Origin: Phoronis australis
Lineage: Eukaryota; Animalia; Phoronida
Length of the DNA stretch: 64,000 nucleotides
Assembly: GCA_002633005.1 (NCBI GenBank)
Contig: NMRA01000356.1
Location: 319,961-383,960, forward strand
Direction: 5' to 3'
Part shown: one piece after another, positions 37,701 to 52,700 of the stretch
Numbering within the stretch: position 1 is the first letter of the stretch
Layout: every line of letters starts with the position of its first letter
The notes under the pieces: model-generated
Databases searched by the model: none
What the model was told of the DNA's origin: nothing
Seen by the model: the letters and a program-made list of their open reading frames with translations, nothing else
Translations under genes and position numbers: made by a program

Positions 37701-40700
37701 TTCACCAATTTGAATTTAACAACACATGATATGGAACCAAACTACAAGAGGTTGGACATAATAAAGAGAGCCACAAACTAATCATGAACAGTGCAAGTGT
37801 GATCAGAGACATGATAAAGTGAAACTAATATAACGAACCAAAATTAACCTAACATAGTGGCTTTACATACCACATTTACATAATGAAAACCACTTACAAT
37901 GTCATACATACATGCAATGACCACACTCATGGCTGACATTGAATTAAATTGACTCATGGCTGACATTGAATTAAATAGTAAATCTAATCAAGAAATCACT
38001 TTATATTCTCAACACACCTCTAGTTGACCCTTTTCAGTGGAGAGTTCACAAACAGGAACTTGGAATGGCAATATGGACACTGCTGGCCTTGGCAGAGTTG
38101 GTGGGTAGGTGGAGCCTTTACACGGTATGCACCTGGTGGCAAGAAGAGAAACTATTACTTCTTATCATCATAACTACAGCAAGAACTGAAGAACTAGCAT
38201 GAAATATGTACACAGATTAACGTTATGCTTGGCTTACTTTTAAGCAAACATGCTTTGTCCGGTTTAATGCCCACCACAAGATTGTTCATTTTCACTATTT
38301 GACCATTATCGACGTTCACCAAAACACCTACTGTAGTCAGTTTGAATATTGCTTTGATCATCTCCAAACTAACCTGTCAGTTCAGCATTGTTTTCCATGT
38401 TTGTCATAGACAAATAGACAAACAGACAGGCAGAGACAGATAGACAGTCAGAGAGACGGACAGATTTGTGCATTAAAAAATAACCTCAACAAAGGTAATG
38501 AACAAAAGTATTTCAAACACAAATTAGCATCAGTCATTTCAGTGAACACGGCACCTAGACTGAAGGGATCTAGAAAACCACTCGCTTATACGGAAATCAC
38601 AGACTTAATATTGAAACCACAGGCTTGTATTAAATTCCTAGAACTTCTATCACAGATAGAGGATGGAGAGAACAAATGAGTTAATAGGGAAACAAACGCT
38701 CAAAACTACCTGAGCTGCTGAGGATTTTCATTGATACCAACAATCCAATAATGGTCCGACTTTCCTTTTGTCTACAAAAAACGAAGTGAAGGATAAAACA
38801 AATGAACTGTTGAGAAATAATGTGCATGACAAATGGAAACCCTTGTTCATTCAAATGTCTCCAACTTAGTCAAGAGTGCAGTGTTAGAACATCTTCATCT
38901 CATTCTATATCGACAAAATTAGTCATTTTCCAAGTCATTAATTCCCATATAAGTGGCCACACGTGGCGTGTTCTAATTCCCATATAAGTGGCCACACGTG
39001 GCGTGTTCTAATTCCCATATAAGTGGCCACAAGCGTGTTCTAATTCAGTTTTTTCATAAGAAGCTAGGGTGTCTACCTGCAACAAAACTCACGTTGCATC
39101 TCATAAAATCTCACTTATTCGGCGAGCTTCAACAACTAGTGATTTCTTACACATGTAAGAGACATCTGGCTTTTCCTTTTCAAACTTGTGAGTGTAAAAT
39201 AATGTAAATCATTACTTAAGACACCACAAGTTGCTATCAATAATCAATTCGTGTAAACACACAAAGAGGTACAATGCTAGATAAGATAACAAACACCAAA
39301 ATTACACAATAGTTAAACTTTGACACCAATTACCTAAAAACATATTGATAAAATGTTACTTACATAAGACTTCGTATTCCCAACTTGCACCCATGAAGGG
39401 AACAACTTTCGATTAAGAAGACGAACAATGCCCGCAGAGTCAACAGCAAACGGTGTGCCTTCTGCTGAGAAACCAAGCCATGAAAGTGTTGCTTTGCGAC
39501 TCAATGGAAGACGGTCCGCGAGCATGCGCCTCTTACGCCCAGAGACTTGATAAAGATGATAACCCATGCACTGGTCTCCAGGAATACCTGAAGTGTTTGC
39601 AACAGGGAGTAGTCAATAATGGGAGCACGCCAATTGTACAATACAAGTGAAGAGTCCTCAATTCAACACAGTGACATCAAGAAAAATTTCAGAATTTTTA
39701 CTTCCAAGAGCACGTTTCTTGATGAAAGCAATTTTCAGAGTCCGCAGTAAAGAGGTCCTCACTGCATACTTAACAGAGCAAAGAAAAATGGATTTAAAGC
39801 AAAAATGTGTCATTATTGAATTAACAAATATGATTGAAAATTGAAAATGATTGCTTCCACCAAAGACTACAAAAGTTGCTAGCAGCACTTATAAGAACAC
39901 ATATGGTACTACCTATTAACTTAATCCTCGTTTTGTACAGCACCCTGCCAGAAATGCAAGAATCTCAACATGAGAAATCACATCCAGTGATAATGCATGT
40001 AAACTTTAGAACTACACTCCAATGAACAATCAGCAACATGAGTTAAATGGAAAATAAATTTGTCTTCAAGTACAATACATCTATGGATTTCAAATAAAAT
40101 CATCTCTAGAACTGGACAGAGCATTGACGGTAGTAATAATTTTAAGTAAAAAAGCCATCACAAACCATCTCAGCTATGGCCATCTAAAGCATACCTGCCC
40201 CCATGTGGTAAACAATCAGCAGTTGATTACTATGTGCTGCCATGGTAACCACAGGTCCTGGCAACGTGAATATGTCCCACTGGACACCAGCAACAGAAAA
40301 CAGGCGTACATTTCCTTTGTCTGTGGCAGCAGCTAACCAGCTTTCTCCAATTGTAACGCACTGTAAACATGACACGATGATAACATAATGTTGTGTTTGT
40401 ATAAATGACATGAGCAATGTAAAACAGTGAAATGCAGTCATGACAGCATTGCAAATGCTATACCTCTAGGTGTGTTTATGACGGTATCAAAAAATAGTGG
40501 TACAACATAAGTCTGAATATCTGAAGGCCTCGTCATCTCCCTAATAGAAACCCATTAGCCAGATATGAAAACCTGTCAAGGAATTCTGAAGATACAGAGG
40601 CAACGCATAAAGTGTATTGGCTAATAGATGCCAAAAACAGATTTGAAAATAACAAGCATTTGTCACAGCGTGGCTACATTGTGCCCCGCCACCACAGATG

Positions 40701-43700
40701 TAAAATAGTAATAAAACTACCGTATTCGCCCTAATAAGCACCCAGGGCACTTACAAAAATTCGCTGCAGAAAGGGGGGGGGGCGCTTATTACAATCCAAA
40801 AGGGTTGAAACCAGGTATCCGAAACAGGTGAAATCGTAAGCTAGAATTCATCAAATTTACGCTCTAGAAAATCCCAGTGCGAAAACTTGCCGACTGATGC
40901 GTCGGTGCCTCGCGATCGAAGATAGGTCAACTTGAATTCTTGAGTTTGAAGTGTATAGGCCTGACTACATACTGACATAGCGGCGAGGCTCGTGGACTAC
41001 AAATTCCACGCACAATGATTTTTTCAGGACTGTCAGATCTTATTGATAAATTGAAGACGTTACTGTAGAATTTTAGAACTGTAGGTAAGGCATTTTTCGC
41101 ATGTACACGGCGTTTATGAAGTGGGCACTTATTTTAGCAAAGTCTGAAAACGCGCGCGGGGGGAGCTCTTATAAAGGCATGGGCGCTTACTAGGGCGAAT
41201 GCGGTAATAATAATTTACTTGCTTCAGAAACCTTGCATTATACTTCCTAATAATCAGTAGGTACAAGGGAAATCTTTGGAGGTCAAAAGTATAGCTAACA
41301 GTATATTAATATATACTGAATGACTGGAAGCACACGCTGGGAGCCACCAGCTAATTACCTGAATGTCTTCTCCATCAGGCATTCCCACCGACCATTCTTT
41401 GGAGTTGTCCCACGAGTTGAAGTGCATACAGAGAAGGGAACTATAAAAGTGAAATATTTGTAGTTTGTCTCCATTATTGGCAACAATATGGTTTCTAGAG
41501 TACTCAAGTATTTTTAATAAGTTCTCAAAAAGTGGACACAAGAGAAAGACAACAGGCAAACAGTTAATACGCTTAAAAACCTTCCCAGAGACAAATAAAT
41601 AAATGAAGTAAACATTTTCAAGAGGCTATAAGCCTGCCTTCTGTCACAAAAGCCAACCTATAATTTAGAACAGTAATTAAATTCTTCCTTTAGTTAGTAA
41701 ATTTAAGAGGTAATTTCAGTGTTGCCACAGCATGCATGTCATTTTATGTGCAGAATATAATCTTTAGAAACCCAGAAACCCCTTTTCATCACAGCAAGGG
41801 GGTGAGTTGAGACCAACTCATCTCATTAAGGCAGTGTGTTGAGACCAATTTATATCAGCAAGGGGACGTGTTGAGACCAATTTATATCAGCAAGGGGACG
41901 TGTTGAGACCAATTTATATCAGCAAGGGGACGTGTTGAGACCAATTCATCTCAGCAAGGGGACGTGTTGAGACCAATTTATATCAGCAAGGGGACGTGTT
42001 GAGACCAATTCATTTCAGCAAGGAGAAGTATTGAGATCAATTGAATAGCAGAAAATGGTCTAAATAAATAATTTGTTTTTTGAACAAAATGCAGTTTCAT
42101 AGCCGCTGTCAAAAGTTAATATGAGTATCTTTTTAATGTAACTAATATGAGTTTTGAGGATCGTTTTACAATTCAGATATGCTTACAACTATTTGCATAA
42201 AGCATATAGTTTCAGTTATGCCTTGATGTTAGCCACAGTTACTCCAACTATAGCAACCTAACTCCTGATAACATTACAAGTAATTAGAGCCGTAAAAATC
42301 TCTCAAAGCTTCAGGTCTTGAAGACTAGTATTAAGCATTTTGTGTAAGTAGTAAATACCTGACAGCATCATTCTCACTGTCACTTTCTGCAGCCAGGACC
42401 ACAGCCTCATGAGACATACTGGCCATAGTGTAGTTGGCTGTGTTAAGGACATGCATTGCATGATGAGTAGCTGTGTCATGAAACTCTATGTCGATGGAGT
42501 TCTCCTCTTCCGTGTTATACTGTTTAATGATTCCTACAGAGTTCCATACCTACAATGGTATAGCACAGCTTAGCATAACAGCAACATACAGTCAAACTTC
42601 AATAAAAACATGGACATGTATTATCTTCCGAAATGATCCAGTCACCATCACTGTTAAAGACTGGTGTTTATTAATCAGGACAAACTTATGATAACCAACA
42701 ATTAAGTCGTCGGAAATCATACGTAGTAAAGACCAATCTAGTAAATATGGCATAGCATTTCAGTGAATCACAATCCCCAGATTCTGTAAATAGATTTGCA
42801 TCCATTAGGAACCTGATTTCTGCAATGAGCTTTATGTTAGGCTACAGAGTCAGTAACATTGTGGTAGAGACGTAATCATTGCCAGCTGTTTGAAAGGTCA
42901 TCTAGAGATCTAGCCTGCTGCCCAAGGAGCAAGCATGGGCAAAAAGCATCAACAACTCTGTAGCTCAGATAATATTGCAATTTCCAAGGAACAGAGAAGA
43001 GATCTGTGGTAAAAGGCTATAACAAGCATCCTTTGAATTTTAAGAAGTTGTTGACTTACCATGAACCGGCTAGAGAGATGAGCAGGCGAGCTTCCTGGTT
43101 GAAAAGGAGTCTGTACCGGAGTTGTCTTGGGTGCTTGTTGAACGTACACTGTCTTAGTCGGTGCTGGAGAGTCCCGTCCGCTCACTACACTAGTGCCATC
43201 TGTTGTTTCAGCACCTTCAGCTATGGCATCTATGTCTGGAGTATGTTCAAACAACAGTTTCAGATAATTGCACTGTCATTATATTTGTTTGATAACTTCA
43301 AAAAGTACACGTGAACATGATATATTCTTGGTAATGAGTTGACATTGAAAATTATTCTTACTTTAATTATGAGCCAAACTTGAGAAAGTTCACTTGCAGC
43401 AGATTCCTCTTTACTAAATATCATTAAAACAAACTCTCCAATAGTGCGATACAGATTCCTCTTTACTCAATAAATGACCACAACATTAAAAATAATTCTC
43501 CAAGAGTGTAATACAGGTACTCACCCACAGAGTTGTCATCATCCAACATTGGCTGAGCTTTGCGTTGTGTTGGCAACAGCAGGTCATCATCGTCGTCACT
43601 GTCATTTTGACCAACAGGGGCAGTGCTGTGCTTTGATCCTTCATCCCATCCTGCACCATCGTCATCGTCAAATAAATCTGCCAATGAAGCCTGGTTCTCC

Positions 43701-46700
43701 TGCTGAAAAACAAAATAAAAAATAATTGATTTTTGCTAGGAGAACATGATTGAAATGTACTGAACAAAGATAAATCTTATGTCTTGAATACAGCCAGGGA
43801 TTGAAATAGGACCCCTGCAACAATAAGGCAACTGACATGAGCGATCAATTGCAAGCGTGGTTTGAAAATTTGACAATAGCAATATCAAAGGCAATAATAT
43901 TAATAATAATAATAATAAAATGATGGATTTAATAATGACAGTACAATAACAATATCAATGATTTTAACAACAAAAGTAACAACATATAATTGATAAAATA
44001 ATCCTAATCCTAAAACTGACATTAATAAGCCAGAGGAGACTTGACTCTTACCTCAGTTGTCTGGCTTACATTAGCCAAACAGTGTTCAGCTGTGCCCAAG
44101 TTGCCATGGTTATCACAGAAGCCAATCTCACCATTGTTCTTGGGGTTCCAAGCTAGTGAACAGATCGTTAACCTTTTCTCATGCTTGAAGCTGCAATCAG
44201 TTATTAGAATCTGTTCATGCAACAAACAAAACAACTACACTGAAAGCTCATTAATTTCAGAGAAAGGCAAGATATCAAAATCATCTTTAAAACAAAATAT
44301 AACAATCTCATGAATGCCCAAAATTTCTCAAGACATTATCTGGTGGTAGCTATGCTCTATAACTTTAAAATGCCAAAGCACTTTATCTACTATGAAAATA
44401 TGAGACAATGAAAAATTTACTAATACACAACACAATATCTTACATAAAAGAGATCAACCATTAAACTCTTATACAAATCAACATATTCCCAAGCTGAGAA
44501 TGACAGAGATCTTCAACAGTTAGATGGGATGATTCAAAACTGCAAACATGGTTGATTTAAGTTTGAAGTTGGTAATTATGCTAGACCTAATTCCCACTGC
44601 ATGGGTAAAATGAAGCATGTGTGAATAGAGAACACCTGCTTAGTCCCATACCTATGGATAACTTTTCTTGACACAACATCCCAGACAACAATCACGCCAT
44701 CTAGAGTAGAAGCTGCCAAGTATTTACCGCATGGAGAAAAGGAAGCTATCGAAACAAGCTGCAAAACACAAAGTGAGTGAAATGATGTCGCAATCAGACA
44801 CAAAACAATTAATTACATTTATCTTGAGTTCCTACACACATTTGGATAAATGCACATAGATGAATCTCTTGACTTTTCACTTGTTCACCATTCAAGACTT
44901 TAGTTCCCTGGATTTGATAATGACCTTCTGAACATCCAACTAAAGAGAAATTCAGGTTCCAATATGTTTCTCTGTGATTATAAAATATGTAGAATTCTCA
45001 ATGCAAATCAGATTGCTTGGGAAATAACAATATCAGTGTTAGAAATACGTTGAACTGATTGAAATTATACACGATTACTTCAAAGCAGTGTTAATTTGGC
45101 TATTGAAAAATTATAATAAACAGCGTGTCATTGATGGCAAGCCTATGTACAATGAAGATTTCTGACTTTTGACCACAAGACAAACTACAACGAAACAACA
45201 AAAAGTGATGAGACCGATGTTTCAGATATCACTACCAACAGTTGTAAGAGTATAAGAGATGCACACCTGTTGGGAGTGGTCTTGAGTCAAAGAGAAGGAA
45301 TGCCTCCAGATCTGTCTGTCCAATACTTTAACACCACAACCATCAGGATAAGCAAGAAGCTGGAAGATAAGCACAATAAAATGAACAGTTAACGCCACAA
45401 TGATGGCGTATTGAAGAACAGTTACTATCAAACTCATCAATTTATGAATGTGGTGTTTTACACGGAAGATCGAGCTACACAGTTAAAAAATTTATAAATT
45501 AGCGCCTGAAAGGTATGTACTTAATTCTTAAATTTAAGGAAGCAAATTTCACCTAATGAAGCTACAGTGTACCACCAAAATCTGTTCTGAAGTAAAGAGA
45601 CAGTCCAGGAGAGAACTGTATAAACCCCTACCTTTCCTGATTTTGGTTGCCATGACATCCTGCACAACACTTTAGATGAGCTACAACAGAAACAAAAAAA
45701 TTACTGCCAGTAATCTAAATAGTTTTGCTTATTTTCCAGCATAGAACAGCACAATATCAGCACAATATCAGCACATATAAATGTTTGAGTAAATATAGCA
45801 AAATGAGCCCAAAAGTGATGAGTTGCTTGCTTGGAGGCATCACTTATTGGTAAGCGGCAAACTAAACAAAAATAAAAAATGGCCAACTTACTAGAATAAG
45901 TGCATGAAATAAAGTGTTATGAAAGAGAAGTATACGCACTGTTACAATCTTTAACCTCAAGTGTTCATTCTAAAGTTCTATCTGGTGACGAAGACTCACC
46001 TGAAATCATTACATTTAGCAACTACATCACTCTCTGTATGAACACAGCGGCCATCTTCTATATTCCAAATTTTCAAGGTTCCATCACAACTTGAGGAAGC
46101 CTAAATGAGGAAAGGCTTGATCATATAGGAGCTTACTACACATTGAGCTAACAGTGTTGCAAGTGTTTGAGAAGCACATAGCTGGTCTTGTCGATTTAAT
46201 TCTCATTAAACCAAATTAAGAATGAGACGAAAACCTATATGCAAATATTTAATTGCTTTTGTCCTGGTTAATACTGAGGGAGCTTCCAATGGGAAACTGC
46301 AAAATTAGGGAGTGCGTGGTAAGCAGAGCATGAGTGTCTAAGAACATAACTTTAAGAAGTCGCGGTGTGAGCGTTTACCCAAGTAGTTGATTCATCATTT
46401 ACACATATGTCGACATTAGAATGTGTGCGAGCCAAAACATGACAACTCCTTCCGTACAGAGTGAGTCAAAGTGACTGTTCATTACACAAAAGTTAACTAG
46501 TTTTATATTATTACTTGGCAAGAATGTTGACACTTTAGTATGTTATTGGCAAAGTTAACAACAGAGTCAAGTTCACAACGTAATACAAATAGCTGCATTT
46601 CAAATTTTGCTTTTAAAGCTTCATTTTGCCGTGTTTAGCTAACTAAAAATCAAAATTGAATCAAACTTTTTATTCTCATAAAATCAGTTTCCTAATATTC

Positions 46701-49700
46701 CTTACAGTGATAGCAATCCAGTAAACGCTTCAATGTTCACTGGGGTTGACCAATCCTAAAATTTCCAATTCGAAAATGGAGCATGTACGAATTGTGACTT
46801 GAGTGGGTAACAGAAATGGAATTATATCGTGGTAAGGATTATTATATTACAAGACCAATTTTATTAGATTAAATGGCCTTAATTGATTTTCATTTTCAGC
46901 CACCTAAACAGGGTGAAATGCAGCTTGAACTTAAGTTATTCTCCTTCATGTGACAAATGGTCGAAAATGGAACAAAGGATTACTCACTACAAACTTCATG
47001 AGAGGGTCAAGATCCACACTCAGCACAGGAGCTTCGTGTCCTTGAAATGTCGTCTGCGAGAAAGTCTCAATCTCAACCAGCTTCAACAAGAAATCACTGC
47101 AAGCAAAGCAAGTATGTATTACATTTATAATGCCAAGCATGTATTACATTTATAAAACTAAACTCAAATGGGTTAATAACCAGAGAGCACTTAGATTGGG
47201 AAATTTAAAAATTAGCCTAGAGCAGGCATCTAAAAATGTATTTTTGAGAAGCCAGGATTGGGTATTTACCCAAAAAGTGTATTCACATACACATACACGT
47301 CAGGCAATATGAGCATGAACCGAATGAACCACTACACACCTCCTTCAGTAAAAAATGGGCATTTTCATGCCCTAGTGTGGCAGGATGCTATCAATACTGA
47401 CAGTGCAGTACACAAAAATAAGTGAAATGCATCCTGTTTTGGCAGCTAAACATTCACAAAGACACCAGCACGTTTAAGCAAGTCTTGATTATAAGAATTG
47501 GAGGTTGGTGCTATGTTGAACATAAGCAGACTAAAGTGGAATTGGACTCAAACCCCGACGCGTATGTTATCAAGCAATATGGTACATTTACCAGTTTTAA
47601 AAAACTGCACTTCCCCCCGACCTGTTTATCTGTTCGAATAACCAAACTAATCAAAACTAGGCCACTCATTGAAAAAAATTCACCTAGAAATTTCTGTATC
47701 ATGAAAGGAAAAAGTGCTTATGAGCAAAGAAAAAAAACCTTTCAGAAAATCAGGAGAGCTAGGAAAAAGATTTTCTCTCAATGCCAAGTATATGTTGAAA
47801 ATGATACCATAATGCCAAGCAAACAGGTTTAACTTGCATATTTCATTATAAGCAGAAAGTCGACAAGGAGGCCTGTTAAATTTGAATGTACTGATATCAA
47901 GTATTACCTTGCCCCAGCCAACAGGTGGGAACCAACATCATTGATGCACATGTGTGTGACTGGTGACGTGAACCTCGTAACAATGCCATCAAGGGCACCA
48001 CTGGGGTACAAGTGGGCCTGCACTGCGTTAGTGTCAGATGCTGTGAAGAAACGTCCATTCTGAAATACGTAAATGCAAAATCATGTGTGTATAACCTTGA
48101 GAAAATTCCAGCACTTTGTAAGGAAAACATAATCTAAGCAACAATTCCTGGTGTGTATCAGTATGTCTTAGTTGAACAGGTCCCAGAGATGGATGACTTA
48201 ATCGAAGAAACCAAACCAATATGGCTTTTAAAGGCTCAGCTAATATGTATCTGGGTATTAATAGACTACACACATTTTAGAATTTGGGAACCAAAATTTG
48301 AAGTTGCTAACTTGACTCAGCGCTTCATGGATCTTATCTGAAATTGGAGTAAATGACATGGCACCCTTATATCCACCTTTATATATCAAACAAATTAATG
48401 TTTCAACTAAATGAACAAATCACTCGACCTGCGGCCACTTTTGTTTTTACCTGAGAAGTCCTCCTGGTCAACTTTACATGTTAACGTAAGATTGTTAATG
48501 GACTAACAATGCATCAAGTACATTCAACACCTTTCACTTTTATAAGAGTGTGAGACCATCTGGAGGGAAGCATGTAGCAAAAGCTATTTCATGAAAATAT
48601 ATTGAATAGCAAGTAAAAACGAACAGCATGTCGCGAAAGTTCAAAAAGCAGAACAAGGTCTTTTAGTCAAAATAACACATTTCCAACACAGGCAAATTTG
48701 AACATCTAAAGCACCTTAGCAAAATGCCATAACCTTATACACATCATTTTGGTATCAAGAAACAAATCTTATCTTGGCCTCGTGACACACACAACAAATG
48801 TTACTCCATTAGCAAAGTTTACCTTAAATGCTAGTGCGCACACTTTCTGACCAATCCGATGGGATGTTGCATCATCATCATCAATGCCATTCCATATTCG
48901 AAGGTCTCCATCTGAGCCACAGGTCAGTAAAGCACTACAACAGAATGTGCAAAACATTTATCAAACTCAACGGATACTTATTGTCTGGTGAAATGATGCT
49001 CTTTCGGATAACATTTCCTGTCCTATCAACAAAAAATTTACATGCAATTTGCAAAAAATCTTGATGCATGTTGTTTTTGGTTGAAATCGGACGCAAGACT
49101 GGCTCGAAGTATTCCTTCTGAAAACTGTGATTCCTCTAATAGTTCGTACATTCTATTAGTTCGTACACGACCCTTGAAACATGGCGTTTCTCTTTAACAG
49201 TTCGTACAGTAGGAGTCTCAAGGAAAAATAGTTCATACACATATTTGTGTCAGTAAAAATAATTCGTACATGCTTTTTCGCTAGGTAAAATGGAAATTCT
49301 CATAAAAGAACTAAAATCAATAAGCTCCAATTCCGTTCGGGTAATTGGAATCCGTGATTTGCTATAATACGTTAGTATAGAGCTCAAAAAGTCATTTTTC
49401 AGATCTCCATTTTAGACCAAAGCAAATGTGGAAATGGCAATAACATTTTCCAGTGTGTCGCCAAATAGCAGATCTTTCCAAATATGGTTCTGTTGTCCTC
49501 AGATTAGTCCTTCACAATTAAATTTAAAAATTGGTGGAGTAATAGCACCTGCAGTCTTGTTAGAGCTGGCGACTGTAGTGTGCAGATGACAAGTGACCAT
49601 AGAACACTCCACTTGGATTGCAACTATTCTCACGTGGCAACAGTGCAGAAATGCGCGCGTGCAAGCTTCACGGGTTACAGAGGTTACCAATTAACCACTT

Positions 49701-52700
49701 CTTTGATGAAATAAATGTTTGAAAAACTAATTCAGATTTTTTGTGGTTGGGAATGTACATGTTAGAGACTCAGTGACCCAACTGAATTCTCAATATAAGG
49801 TTTAGTGCACCCATCATATCTCAAACACCTGGAGCCGCTCACTTGCCTTTGCATGAAACACTACGAAATGAAGATCAGAGGTAAGTGCACATGAGCCAGA
49901 CGTCAATCAATAGTTACTGCAAGGGCATTACTAAAAAAGTATTTGCATAATATTTTATGTAAAAATACTAATCACTTAGATTGGGAATGAGTCTAATGAA
50001 CCCATACAGTGGGGGGTCCTAGGGAAAAAATACTTTGCACAGTAGGTGGCTGAGCGAAAAACGATTCGTACACGTATCTTCGTACGCGAAAGTAGGTGTT
50101 GCTTATAATCAACTGGGACTCAGCGCTCAACATAACGCGGGCCGAGACTTTGATCTTGTATCATGTCGCAACATGTGACCTCGAATGTCCCAAGTAGGTG
50201 AGCCTAGTTTTTGGTGACAAGTAGATACCTGGCCGAAACACATTGTGTGTATCTGGCCTTTATTTGGTTATTTCCAAATCAAGTTTAACACTAACAGCGA
50301 ACAGCCCTCTTCACTGACCACGGCATAAATATGTGACAAAACGTCACAGCAATGTTTTATTCATTAACAACCAACTTTCCGACTTTGTGATGAAAAGTAT
50401 TCATTTTTTCATGCAAGATGTACTGATTAGCCTATTACAGTATCCCTGACAACATCGCACTGCAGCACTGGTCGGTCCCATTGTTTGCGAAAAACAAAAC
50501 TTGATTTGCATGTTTCATTACTTCAAGATGATACACGACATTGGTGAAAGCGGAGGTACTTTAGCCGGCATGGTTCTTGAAGTTTGGGACCATGGGAAGA
50601 ATATAAAGTAACATAGAGTTCAAGTATTATACTTTGAAGTAAATCCATCACCAGGGAAAATAATTTGTTACTTGTTGCAATACAATTCACATTGTCAAAC
50701 TACAGTCTCCGAAGCCGTCATTGCACTGATTGTTATTAACAATCTTCATCTTTAATAATTTGAATACTTGACTTTCTTCTCTAATAATTCGTACAGCCAG
50801 TTTTGTCTCCATTAATTTAGACACAAAGCTCTCAAGGGAAAAATAGATCATACACTAGTGTACAAACTATTATAGGAAACACCGTAAACATGTCTCATCA
50901 ATATACATGAAATGCACCACGTTTCTTACTACATAATTACCGTTCTTGAGTTCGCAGATTTTTTTGAAGACTGCTCCTTTATTAACTTCTCATGAAATAC
51001 CTTTCTGAAACTTGGTATGTGAATAGATCTCGTCAAAAGCTATCAGTAATGTGCCGTTTATTTCTCGATAAGACTTACTATTCTCAGTTATAACCCTTGC
51101 TAAACTATCAATCTTAAGTATATTTTGGAAGCAGTTGAATATAAATCCTTCAAGCTAGAACAAATATTCCGGCAGTCAAGATTTTTTAACAGTCTTTTCT
51201 TCCGTCAACAAAATTGTGAACATTTATGCTAATTTGTGCAAGCTTTTTAAAACAGTCCATCACTAAATAGGTGGCCAATCGCAAAACATGGCCACGAGCA
51301 ATTTTCAATGCCCTCTTGTGGTGCTTTGTAATTGCTAATCTCACCTGAGATTATTTTTTTACATACAGCATTTTCTTTTCATTCCTATTCTTTGTATTTG
51401 TGTATCTGTCATTATAAATGACCTTATTTTGTCACCCTCTGTCTCCTTTTCATCTCTGGTAAAGAGCTTGTGACGCATGTATTTTTATGCGCCAACATAT
51501 GTGGGCGCATTATGCCATCATCCCCGTCTGCTGTTCGTCCATCTGTCAGGCATCCGCTGCTCTATCTCCAAAACCAATTGGTGTATGTTCATGAAAATTA
51601 ACACCTTTTCCTTTCACAGATGAGATGGCATTAGTACACTTTTGGATGGATCCGACCATGGGTGTGATATGACGTCCTATCAACTGCCACACGCAGTGTT
51701 AAAAATGGCCAGTTACCGATTTTGGGACCTCTTGAAGAAAAAGGGTAACGGGAATAATTGTTCAAGTTAGAAGGAATTAAAATACATCGAAAGCCTCCTA
51801 AGGTGTTCCTCAATTCACATAAGGTATTTATAACATGACTTAAATGTTTTAGTCAGTGTGAGGCATAATTTGTCGAAAAGCTTCCGGCATATGAAAGAAA
51901 CTCGTATACCATTAGGAGCCACGGGCCAACAGAGCCTATGGCCATTGCCTACACGTCTCTAACTTAGCAAGCTAGTGTAGTAATAGCCGAGATTACCCGG
52001 CCCGGGGATCGAACCAGCGACCCCCATAAAACCGGCAAGCGTGCTAACCATTCAGCTAATAGGCAATTGCCCGTTAGCGAGTAGCTAACAGAGGCTCATA
52101 TAATTCACAGGAAGCACATCTACAACATTCCCCCCTTTCCTACGGAACGGGCACGCGACATGAAGGTGAACACCAGGATGTCTCGCATACAGGTCATCAA
52201 CGTCCCTTGGTACCTTTACCACCACAACACAGGTGAACACAAGGTCGTCTCTCATACAGGTCCTTGACTCCTGGAACCTTCCACGCGCGCTGTCCCGAGG
52301 TCCGTGGGTACTAGTTGGCAGTGCTTCATCGGTAGATCATCCGTTTGCCGACTACGCCATTTGTAGTAATAGCCGAGATTACCTGACCCGGGGATCGAAC
52401 CAGCGACCCCCATAAAACCGGCAAGCGTGCTAACCATTCAGCTAATAGGCAATTGCCCGTTAGCGAGTAGCTAACAGAGGCTCATTCACCGAAAGCACAT
52501 CTACAACACTAGACACGGTGGTCACTGTCTAGTGCAGACAGATTTTCATGGATATGTTCAAATTATGTTGACCAAATTGTTTCCACAGTCATGGTATGTG
52601 TTGATTATAATATGAATATGTTCATGTTTCCTTTGGTGTTAAATGCACATTGCCAAGATGAATTCTGCCACGACAAACTGAGCAGTCAAGTGTTCATGGT

